A DNA stretch of 64,000 bases from the NCBI GenBank assembly GCA_963827275.1, contig CAWHAA010000008.1, forward strand, positions 64,001 through 128,000. The letters are read 5' to 3'. A model generated the notes under the pieces. The model was not told the DNA's origin, did no database searches, and worked only from the letters and a program-made list of their open reading frames with translations. A program made the position numbers and the translations under genes. This document shows, one piece after another, positions 55,127 to 64,000 of the stretch. Numbering within the stretch: position 1 is the stretch's first letter; each line of letters begins with the position of its first letter. The stretch comes from an uncultured Spirochaetota bacterium (GTDB taxonomy: Bacteria; Spirochaetota; UBA4802; UBA5550).

Positions 55127-56614
55127 ATGAAAAAATCCACCGTTTTTTTCCTGGCCCTGGGAGCGCTGGTTGTCGGCGCGGGAAGCGCCGCCCTGTTTTC
55201 TCAGGAGAACATCAATGATATCATGAACAACGCGGGCGTCAGGCTGGGTGAGCAAAACAGGCTGGACGAGGCGATAGAACAGTTCGACAAGGCGATCGAC
55301 TTCCGCGAAAAAGCTGCGGCGAAGGCATACCATAACAAGGGATACGCGCTGGAAAAGAAAGGCGATCTGAAAGAAGCGATCAAATATTACGAAGCGGCGT
55401 GGAAGTGGAACCCGAAGCAGGTGCCGACCGGCGAGCGCCTGGGGTACGGCCAGTATAAAACAGAAAATTTCGACCGCGCCATCGAGGTCGGCGAAGCGGT
55501 CATGCGGCTCGACCCCCGCAACACCCAGGTCCCCGTATGGCTTGCCGATGCGTACCGGAGGCGCGGGGACAAGAAAAAGGGCGCAGACACGGCGGCGCCG
55601 GCAGCTGAAAAGCCGCGCGTGTTTTACCTGTCCATCGACGCCATGGCGCGGATGGGGCTCTACTACGGCGCAAAGTCGCACTACGGGGGCCTCTATCACA
55701 CGAATCTGCACGGGTTCAGGTATGTGCCCGATCCGGGGCTCGTCACCAGCATTCCCTATACCATTTTCATAAGCATCACCCCGGTCCCGCTCATCCAGAT
55801 CGACCTGACAGTGGAGAACCCCTGGCTGGGCGGCGTTACGCCGCCGGGGCTGGTAGTGCAGACTGAAAAAGCGGAGTTTCTCTTTAATATCAAGAATTTC
55901 ACGCTGGGCGCCGGTGCGATGGTGAACCACTATGACGACGGCGTGGCGTTTTATAAACGATACAGGCTCACCGACGTCAAGGTCGGCTTCATCTTCGGGT
56001 ACCGCAAGGACGATATAGAGGCGAAAATAACCTGGTATCCCCGGATGCTTGTCATGGACCCGCGTTCATCAACGGGAAAGACCTTCGACGTGGGTTCGCT
56101 CCGCATCGATTATGCCTACCAGGCGTTTCCCGACATCAAGCTTTACGGGCTCTTCCATTTCCGCGATTATTACGTCTTCTGCCACTCCTTCGACTGGCGG
56201 GTATTCTACGCGAGCTACTACCGGTATTCCGAGAACATCGCCAGCTACTGGGGCGTCTATGACATGGGGCTCGGGCTGACCTTCAATAACCTCGCGCGGC
56301 ACGCCGACGGGACCGAGCTGTTTTCACTGAGCGTCGAGTGGCTCGAGCGGTTTTACCTGCGCGACCTGAACAACGACGCCCCCTACACCCTGGCGCCGAA
56401 CGGCCAGGGATGGTTCGGGCTCAACCTCAAGAAGTTCACCAAGGGGAGGCCGTTCTCCGGGTTCTGGGCACTGTCGCAGGTGCTCAGCCTCCGGCTCGAC
56501 GAGCAGCTCACCAGGAATTTTTTCATGTACCAGAAGATCATCGCGGAGCTGGCGGACCAGGACTCGGAGCACCACGAGTTCAATCTCCAGATCGGCATGG
56601 GATTCAAGATCTGA
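55127..56614 (+). CDS. Exported TPR protein with probable C-terminal beta-barrel
   Basis: Signal peptide, TPRs, aromatic beta-rich C-terminus ending LQIGMGFKI. Confidence 0.75.
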   Translation: MKKSTVFFLALGALVVGAGSAALFSQENINDIMNNAGVRLGEQNRLDEAIEQFDKAIDFREKAAAKAYHNKGYALEKKGDLKEAIKYYEAAWKWNPKQVPTGERLGYGQYKTENFDRAIEVGEAVMRLDPRNTQVPVWLADAYRRRGDKKKGADTAAPAAEKPRVFYLSIDAMARMGLYYGAKSHYGGLYHTNLHGFRYVPDPGLVTSIPYTIFISITPVPLIQIDLTVENPWLGGVTPPGLVVQTEKAEFLFNIKNFTLGAGAMVNHYDDGVAFYKRYRLTDVKVGFIFGYRKDDIEAKITWYPRMLVMDPRSSTGKTFDVGSLRIDYAYQAFPDIKLYGLFHFRDYYVFCHSFDWRVFYASYYRYSENIASYWGVYDMGLGLTFNNLARHADGTELFSLSVEWLERFYLRDLNNDAPYTLAPNGQGWFGLNLKKFTKGRPFSGFWALSQVLSLRLDEQLTRNFFMYQKIIAELADQDSEHHEFNLQIGMGFKI

Positions 56615-56617
56615 GCC

Positions 56618-57403
56618 ATGCCTGACAGGATCGCCGTTTTCGCACGGGAGATATCGGTGGAGGCGGGTGAGATCCTCCTGCGGGGATTCAGGTCTGACCG
56701 CACCGTTGTTTCCTACAAGAGCAGGACCGACCTTGTCACCGATAGCGACAGGGCGTCCGAGGCCCACCTTGTCGCCAGGATCGCGGAACACTTTCCCGAC
56801 CACGCCATCATCGCCGAGGAGGGGAGCCGGAAGGACGCAGCAGGCGGGTATGTCTGGTTCGTGGACCCTCTCGACGGCACGAATAATTTTGCGCACGGGC
56901 TCCCTTTTTTTTGTGTTTCCATCGGCGTATTTTCAACAGAGATGCAGAAGGTCGTCGCCGGCGTGGTATACAATCCGTTCCTGGGCGAGATGTTCACCGC
57001 GGTCAGGGGCGGCGGCGCGTTCCTGAACGGGGCGCCGATTCATGTCTCGTCGATCGGCGATATCGGCATATCGCTGGTCGCGACCGGCTTTCCCTACGAC
57101 AAGGCCGTGTCGGAAAACAACAACCTGAAGGAATTCAACCGCATCATTCTGCGTATCCAGGGAATACGGCGTATGGGGTCCGCGGCCATTGACCTCTCCT
57201 ACGTTGCGTGCGGCAGGCTCGACGGCTACTGGGAAGGGAAGCTCAATCCCTGGGACATGGCAGCCGGGAGCCTTATCGTGGAGGAAGCGGGCGGGCGCGT
57301 GACCCGTTATGACGGCGGACAGTTCCACCCTGAGTTCCCTGAAGTCGTTGCCTCAAATGGCAAAATCCATCACCAGCTGATTGAGCTATTGTCATCAAAG
57401 TAG
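56618..57403 (+). CDS. suhB: Inositol monophosphatase family protein
   Basis: DLVT, WFVDPLDGTNNF, RRMGSAA, WDMAAG. Confidence 0.92.
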   Translation: MPDRIAVFAREISVEAGEILLRGFRSDRTVVSYKSRTDLVTDSDRASEAHLVARIAEHFPDHAIIAEEGSRKDAAGGYVWFVDPLDGTNNFAHGLPFFCVSIGVFSTEMQKVVAGVVYNPFLGEMFTAVRGGGAFLNGAPIHVSSIGDIGISLVATGFPYDKAVSENNNLKEFNRIILRIQGIRRMGSAAIDLSYVACGRLDGYWEGKLNPWDMAAGSLIVEEAGGRVTRYDGGQFHPEFPEVVASNGKIHHQLIELLSSK

Positions 57404-57611
57404 TTTATTGTATACAATAACCCTTCCTGTATCATTATTTTAAAATTGTCTCCATTTTTGAATTTCTGGAACCGAACATTAAATATATATCTTCGATTGA
57501 GCAAGACCTTCCGGCCAATCATTGCTGAATGCCGATGAAGGTGCGGGGATCACAGGCAGTGAAGAGATACATGTATCTGACCTGTAAAAAAGGTCCGGGC
57601 CACGGTGACAG

Positions 57612-60600
57612 ATGAGCAACAAGAGGAAGCATATCCGGGTTGCGTACAATAAAAAGGTCAGGCTTTTCTCGGACGAGCATACCTTTGAAGCACAATCCAT
57701 CAATATCAGCAACAGCGGGATCCAGGTCCGTACCAGCATACTCTCGCACGAGGTGGATGTAGAGCGTATTTCATTGACCCTCCCATCTAATGATGACGCC
57801 ATCCATATCCCCTGCAGAATTGTCAGGAGCCACACCGGCCTTCCGGGAGAGGATGGACACGTGCTCGGACTTGAATTTTCCTATCAGACCGAGGCCGAAA
57901 TGGCACTCGTCGGCAATTTCATCAAGGAGATGAAAAGCTCCCAGCTCGCTGACGACCGCAGTGCTGCCGAGATGAGGATCATCCCGCGCACATCATGCCA
58001 AATTGAGAATGTCGCCTGCAGCAAGCCCGGCGTGGCAATATGTTCTATCGACAATATATCCACGGACGGGTGCCTTGTCAGTTATGAGGGCGAACTCCAC
58101 ACCCATGAACCGATTGAGATTGAATTTTCCCTTCCGGGAGATTCTCAGGTGATTGCCATCCGCTGCAGCGTCGCGTATGCAATGAACAATTATTTTAACA
58201 ATGTCAGCAGGGCCGGCATGTGCTTCGGCGCTATTCGGGACCTCGACAGGATCAAGATATATAATTTCATAGTAAAATCAGCCTCCTCGTCATCTGTCAA
58301 GATTGTCCAGGAACGCAGATATGAAAACATCATCGGGCTTGAGTACCGGATATGCGAGCCGAAGCGTATTGAAGCGCTCTTCGGCCGAATAAAAAAAGAG
58401 AAAAAAAGCATCAATGTTCTTTTTGAAAACAATGCAGGCATGTTCGATGTTGTGCCGACTGATTTTTTTCCGGGCGACCGGTTTGTCACCACGAGACTTA
58501 ACGTCGATAACCGCACATTACACCTGAAACGGTTTCATACCGTGTACTGCTCGGTTATCATCCACGGGGACAGCTATTATTTCAACAGTGAGCTCCTTGA
58601 GCGAGGTGATGAGCAGATGGTGCTCTCCTTCCCTGACACAGTGTATCATTCGGAGAAACGGTCGCATGACAGGAAACCGCTCGGCGGCATGGTCGATTTC
58701 GTCATGATGACGGGCGGCTCGTCGTCTGCCCGGCTCCCCGGCAGGCTTGTCAACATCAGCAGGCGCGGGTTTCTATGCGACTTTCCCCCCGGGAACCTGG
58801 AGCGCGACCTCCTTAAAACCGGACAGGAGGTGTCGTATTTTTTCGGCAAGGACATGGGACTGGCCAATTTTGGCGAGATACGCCACTTGAAAGAAGTGGT
58901 CGGCGATGACGGGCAGATCAGCCTGCAGGTGGGGATCGAGGCGGGGATCAGACGCTCGGAGTTCCAGTTTAAAAAAATATCCTGTTCGCAGTGGAAGAAG
59001 CAAAAGCAGAAACATCCGAAGCGGCCCACGCGTGTACGGGACAGCATGATGCCGGACATCGTCCGGTATGAAAACAGGAGCGGAAGGGAGCTCGTCGCCC
59101 TCCTCAATTATACGAGACTGGGAATAGAATCTCCCGTTGTAATCCTGCCGCCCGCGTTCGGGAAAAAGAAGGAGACGCTGTCGCCGCTGGTGGTGACGCT
59201 ATTTGAAAATTTCATGCACGCGGCCAAAGATGTTATAACCATCCGGTACGATGGCATCAACAGGCCCGGCGAAAGTTATAATGAAGACATGTGCCCGAAG
59301 CGCGGATATGAAATGCTCCATTACCGCATCAGCCAGGGAAGGGACGACCTCGAGGCGACCCTCGATTTCGTGTGCAACAATGACCTCTTCAGGCCTTCAG
59401 CGGTCATCGTGGTCGCGTTCAGCATGTCGGCGATGGACGCGAGAAAGCTGATCATGGAGGACGGAAGGGTGGACTACCTCGTCAGCGTCATGGGAGCGAC
59501 CTGCGCGCGAAGCGCGTTCCGGAACATCACCGGCGGCATTGATATTATCGGGAACTCGCGCATAGGGATTGAAAACGGGGTCTCGGGCGTTCTCGGCCAG
59601 ATCCTGAACCTTGACACGACCGCGCGCGACCTGATCGATAATAAGTATGCCTACATAGCTGACGCACGATATGACATGACGAAGATCGGGATCCCGGTAT
59701 CCTGGATATACGGCAAATTTGACCGGTGGGTCTCCGAGGCAGAAGTCAGGGACATCATGAGCGTCAGGTCCAGCGGCAGGCGCGAGGTAATAGAGATACC
59801 GACAGGCCACAATCTCCGCTCCAGCGAGGACGCGATAAAGGCATTCAAGATCATCGCCGCGCTGATTTTCCGGCAGCTCTACGGGAAGACCATCCGTCCC
59901 TTCGACCCTGACCGGGACGCCATGATTGACCTGATCACCTACGAGCGGGAGCGGCATGCGGCAGACGATGGCATCGACATGCAGGGCTACTGGAAAAATT
60001 ATCTTCTCGGGGAGAAAAAGAACGGCGCCGGCTATGACTTCTATCGAAACCTTGACGAATTCAGGGAGTTCCTGTCTTTTCAGGGGTCCCTCGTTGACCT
60101 GAGGGACGGGGAGCTCATGGCGGACATGGGCTGCGGTACCGGCATCTTTTTTGAGAGGATGATCGCGGACAGGGCGGCCCGGGGCATTGACCTGTCAAAC
60201 GCGCAGGTAGATCTTGTGGACCTTGTACCGGAGGCGCTCGCCCGCGCCAGGGAGAAGTTCGCGGTGCTGAAAAAGATCCACGGGAGCCGGTTGCCGGAGA
60301 GGGTGAATTATATCCAGATGAACCTGGAGCCGAACCGCCTGCTCCCGGTGAAGAGGTTAATTGAGGACAGGGCGCTTGATGTCACGTTCCTGAAAAACCG
60401 CGTGGAAGGATTAAAAAACACGGTCGTGGAACGCCTGGCAGGCCTCGGATACGGCCGGCTCGGCGATATTCTGCGCGGCGGGGCCATAACAGATGACGAC
60501 GACGTATATTTTAACGAGCACGTGAACGGCGAGGAACGCCGGGTCATTTATGATTTGAACCGGGCCGCGCGGTTGTTAACGGGGAATCTCGGGCCATCCG

Positions 60601-61157
60601 ATTTTAAAAAAGGGAAGATGGTGCGGGACAATGTCCGGGAAAACGGCCGACGGGAGCTGCGCGCGGCTGATATCGATTTCAAGGAACTTGTTTTCGGCGA
60701 CCGGGGGCTTGACCTTTCCCTGGATTTCAGGGAAAAGAGGTATGATAAAATAGCGGCGAGCCTGCTCATCAGCTATCTTTTTAATCCCGATGAAATTATT
60801 TTTGATTTTTTCCGCATATTGAAGCCGGGCGGGCTGCTGCTTGTTTCATCGATGAAGCCGGACAGCGACATCTCCGTAATATTTACGAATTATATAAATA
60901 AAGCCAGTGAATTGGAGCGGGAAAAAACCGCGGACATCGGCCCTGAGACCGACCTCGTCAGCGCGCGGGCGATGCTGAATGAAGCGGCATCGCTCTTCCA
61001 GCTTGAAGAGGACGGGTTTTTCAGGTTTTATACCGGGGAGGACCTCGCCGGCATGATGAGGAGGGCGGGCTTTATTGATATAACAATCAATATGTCCATG
61101 GGTGATCCTCCCCAGGCGGTGATCGTTACCGGCACGAAGCCCGGCGGCACCGGATAA
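57612..61157 (+). CDS. Multi-PilZ / alpha-beta hydrolase (LuxD-like) / SAM methyltransferase fusion
   Basis: Three RxxxR...NISxxG pairs; IRYDG..PGES and AFSMSA; ADMGCGTG; RILKPGG. Confidence 0.8.
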   Translation: MSNKRKHIRVAYNKKVRLFSDEHTFEAQSINISNSGIQVRTSILSHEVDVERISLTLPSNDDAIHIPCRIVRSHTGLPGEDGHVLGLEFSYQTEAEMALVGNFIKEMKSSQLADDRSAAEMRIIPRTSCQIENVACSKPGVAICSIDNISTDGCLVSYEGELHTHEPIEIEFSLPGDSQVIAIRCSVAYAMNNYFNNVSRAGMCFGAIRDLDRIKIYNFIVKSASSSSVKIVQERRYENIIGLEYRICEPKRIEALFGRIKKEKKSINVLFENNAGMFDVVPTDFFPGDRFVTTRLNVDNRTLHLKRFHTVYCSVIIHGDSYYFNSELLERGDEQMVLSFPDTVYHSEKRSHDRKPLGGMVDFVMMTGGSSSARLPGRLVNISRRGFLCDFPPGNLERDLLKTGQEVSYFFGKDMGLANFGEIRHLKEVVGDDGQISLQVGIEAGIRRSEFQFKKISCSQWKKQKQKHPKRPTRVRDSMMPDIVRYENRSGRELVALLNYTRLGIESPVVILPPAFGKKKETLSPLVVTLFENFMHAAKDVITIRYDGINRPGESYNEDMCPKRGYEMLHYRISQGRDDLEATLDFVCNNDLFRPSAVIVVAFSMSAMDARKLIMEDGRVDYLVSVMGATCARSAFRNITGGIDIIGNSRIGIENGVSGVLGQILNLDTTARDLIDNKYAYIADARYDMTKIGIPVSWIYGKFDRWVSEAEVRDIMSVRSSGRREVIEIPTGHNLRSSEDAIKAFKIIAALIFRQLYGKTIRPFDPDRDAMIDLITYERERHAADDGIDMQGYWKNYLLGEKKNGAGYDFYRNLDEFREFLSFQGSLVDLRDGELMADMGCGTGIFFERMIADRAARGIDLSNAQVDLVDLVPEALARAREKFAVLKKIHGSRLPERVNYIQMNLEPNRLLPVKRLIEDRALDVTFLKNRVEGLKNTVVERLAGLGYGRLGDILRGGAITDDDDVYFNEHVNGEERRVIYDLNRAARLLTGNLGPSDFKKGKMVRDNVRENGRRELRAADIDFKELVFGDRGLDLSLDFREKRYDKIAASLLISYLFNPDEIIFDFFRILKPGGLLLVSSMKPDSDISVIFTNYINKASELEREKTADIGPETDLVSARAMLNEAASLFQLEEDGFFRFYTGEDLAGMMRRAGFIDITINMSMGDPPQAVIVTGTKPGGTG

Positions 61158-61192
61158 AACTATTCTGATCATGACAAAAAGAAAATCATGCT

Positions 61193-62578
61193 ATGAACAT
61201 CACAGATAAAATTTTTGAATCTTTGAGCGCGTGGGGTGAACACCCGGCGTTCATCGATCTTGTCCCCGGCCGGCCGCCGGCGTATATATCCGCATCGGAT
61301 TTCAGCGCGACCGTGCAGGACATAACCGGCGTTCTGAAAAAACACGGGATACGGAACGGCTTCATCGTGGCCCTTTTTTTGAACAACTCGATGGATTTTA
61401 TTTCAGTTTTTATCGCGCTGCTCGGCATCGGCGCAAAGCCGGTCCCGGTCAACATGGCGTTCCGGAAGGTCGAGCTTGACGAAATATTCGCCAATGCCGA
61501 CCCGCACGCGGTCATTACCGAGCACGATCACCTGCCTTTCATCCAGGCGTACCTGGAGGGGAAGATTGTCATTCAACGAAATCGGGGGAAACTGCTCCTG
61601 CACGACGCCGGCGCGGGACGCAGGGATCCGGCGGAGCTGGGTGATGACATCGCGTCGGTCAATTACACCTACCGCGGTTACGGGTACCCCCTGGGCGCGC
61701 TGGTGCCGCACGGCCAGTATCTCGCGGGGGCCGATTTCCTTGAAGCGGCGGTGCAGCTTGAGCGCGGCGAGCGGATAGTGGTGATACTGCCGATGCAGCA
61801 TATCTACACCCTGATCGGGTGCGTGTTCCTGCCCCTGCTGTACGGTGTAACACCGGTGATTTCATACACCAGGAACCCGCTGCGGCTTTTCGAAGCGGTC
61901 CGCGAACACGGTATTCACCATGTCCTGGCGGTGCCGGAGGTGTATGAGCTTTTTTTAAAGCTGCGCGAGGGGGCTGGCGATATCCCTCAGATGAAGGCCT
62001 TTCTTTCCGGCGGGAGCGTCCTGCCGCGTGAGAATTATACGCGGCTGATGGAGGAGTTCAACGTGGACCTGATCCACGGGTACGGCCTGACCGAATTCAC
62101 GCCGGTGAGCAGGAACATCAGGGGCGTCATTCGGCCCGGAACAATCGGTAAAGTCAGCGATGGAGTCGAGTGCAAAATTGACTCCCCGGATGCGAACGGC
62201 TCCGGTGAGATCATGATTAAGACCAAGGACATGGCACGGCACTACTATAAAAGACCTGCCGAGACCCGTGAGGCATTTGACGGCGGGTGGTTCAGGACGG
62301 GTGATATAGGGAAACTCGAGAACGGCCACCTGTTGTTTGAAAGGGAGAAAAAGGGGACCAGGAAAATCAAGGGCAACATGGTGGATCTCGAGGAGATTAA
62401 AAAGGCAATGGAATTGATGAAAGGTGTTCGTGAAGCACGGATTGCCGGTAGTAATAATATGCTTTCAGCTGAAATTGAATTTGATGGATCGGATCAAATT
62501 GACACAATAAAAATTAAACAATATTTAGAGAATATACTTTCTGTGAATAAAATTCCCCAGAACATTTCAATCATATGA
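61193..62578 (+). CDS. AMP-binding (acyl-CoA/acyl-ACP ligase-like) enzyme
   Basis: HGYGLTE, GWFRTGDIG; atypical P-loop YTYRGYGYPLGA. Confidence 0.85.
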   Translation: MNITDKIFESLSAWGEHPAFIDLVPGRPPAYISASDFSATVQDITGVLKKHGIRNGFIVALFLNNSMDFISVFIALLGIGAKPVPVNMAFRKVELDEIFANADPHAVITEHDHLPFIQAYLEGKIVIQRNRGKLLLHDAGAGRRDPAELGDDIASVNYTYRGYGYPLGALVPHGQYLAGADFLEAAVQLERGERIVVILPMQHIYTLIGCVFLPLLYGVTPVISYTRNPLRLFEAVREHGIHHVLAVPEVYELFLKLREGAGDIPQMKAFLSGGSVLPRENYTRLMEEFNVDLIHGYGLTEFTPVSRNIRGVIRPGTIGKVSDGVECKIDSPDANGSGEIMIKTKDMARHYYKRPAETREAFDGGWFRTGDIGKLENGHLLFEREKKGTRKIKGNMVDLEEIKKAMELMKGVREARIAGSNNMLSAEIEFDGSDQIDTIKIKQYLENILSVNKIPQNISII

Positions 62579-62608
62579 TTATAAATAAGGAAAATAGTAA
62601 ATAATATA

Positions 62609-62866
62609 ATGAAGACATTGGACCATGTAACTATTGTTAAAAAGATCATTTCGAAAATTACCAAATTTGATGAAGCTGATTTATCTAGCAATATTCTTCT
62701 CAGGGAAGAACTCGGTATTGATTCGATAATGGCCATGGAGATCATGGTAAATATTGAACGAACCCTTGAAATAAAAATCGAAGAAAAAAAATTACAAACT
62801 GTTAAAACAATTAAAAATTTAACAGATTTAATAAAGGAGGAAATGTCATTACAACGAAAAAGTTAA
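62609..62866 (+). CDS. Acyl carrier protein
   Basis: LGIDSI phosphopantetheine motif, 85 aa. Confidence 0.88.
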   Translation: MKTLDHVTIVKKIISKITKFDEADLSSNILLREELGIDSIMAMEIMVNIERTLEIKIEEKKLQTVKTIKNLTDLIKEEMSLQRKS

Positions 62867-64000
62867 AAATATGCCTGATTTCACCCAAGGGCCATTTATT
62901 AATACGCAATGAATTATTTTCTGAATTTGTTAAAAACTCGCGTGAAATGGCAACATATATGCACTATTGGTCGGGCCTCAGTGTCGCACTTGCAACTATC
63001 GCGGGATTGACTCCCCGGCAGCATGATGTGGTGATTATTGATGAAAACCAGGAAAAAATAAATTTTACCGACTATTATGATTATGACATAATAGGTATTA
63101 CTTCTATGACTCAGACGTCCCTTCGTGCATATGAAATTGCCGATGAATTCAGGGGGAAAGGTCTCTTCGTTGTAATTGGCGGTATTCATGCAACTGTCTT
63201 ACCGGAAGAAGTAAAGAGCCACGCTGATGCGGTTTTTATCGGAGAAGCTGAAAATACATGGCCACAGTTCATAAATGATTTTATCGGAGGTTCTCCAAAA
63301 CAAATTTACAATCAGAAAAATTGTCCTCCCATACAAATGGAGACAATGCCGACACCAAGATTTGATCTGGTTGCCCGTTATAAATATCCCGTTGTGTGGA
63401 TGCAGACAACAAGGGGTTGCCCTCATGATTGTGAATTCTGTGCGGCATCTGTTATATATGGGCGCAATTATAAACATAAAAATATTGAACAGGTTGTTGC
63501 AGAAATAAAAGAAATTAAGAGACACTGGAAGTTTGCACAAATTGGATTTGCTGATGACAATATGTTTGTAAATAGGGAATTTTCGCGGAACCTGATATCA
63601 AATTTTACTAATTTAAATTTCAACTGGTTTGCCCAGACTGATATATCTATAGGCAATGATGAAAAATTTTTAGATTTATTAAAAGAAAACGGCTGCAAGT
63701 ATCTTTTTATTGGATTTGAAGGAACATCAAAAAACAGGCTTGAGAAATTGAATACTAATAATTGGAAGGCAAAAAAATTTGATGATTATAAAATATATAT
63801 TGATAAAATACAGCGAAAAGGTATAGGTATATTCGGTTCTTTTATCCTGGGTTTCGATGAAGATGATGAAAGTATTTTTAATGATACAATATCTTATATA
63901 AATGATAATAATTTATTAGGTGCTTCAATAACAATATTAACTCCATTCCCGGGAAGCCGTCTAAGAGACAGAATGCAGTCTGAAAATAGAATTATGCATG
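62860..64000 (+). CDS. B12-binding radical SAM protein (start uncertain, runs off window)
   Basis: Hand translation KLKICLISP...VVIGGIHAT...IGEAE...TRGCPHDCEFC...FADDN; absent from ORF track because no stop falls in the window. Confidence 0.9.

Overview
Chromosomal window of a GC-rich spirochaete related to the Leptospira lineage (two Leptospira-type flaB flagellins, CheX, a LigB-like surface protein). From about 19.6 kb onward it is mostly housekeeping and envelope genes (alaS, radA, glpQ, aconitase, mlaD, an HtrA protease, pstS, suhB). It ends in a PilZ-thioesterase-methyltransferase / acyl-ligase / ACP / B12-radical-SAM cluster. The first 19.5 kb is the unusual part. An IS91-family (HUH, rolling-circle) transposase gene sits at the head of an array of five identical, co-oriented 127-bp repeats (1886, 8246, 12240, 16140, 17864), plus one partial and four diverged copies. 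The repeats separate unrelated 1.6-6.2 kb DNA segments that often start or stop mid-gene: truncated fadD, toxin C-termini with putative immunity genes, fabF, tRNA-Val with an integrase stub. This looks like an HUH-transposase-linked DNA-capture array, architecturally analogous to a CRISPR array or integron but with kb-sized inserts. The mechanism is inferred, not shown. Several frameshifts in conserved genes are probably sequencing indels.
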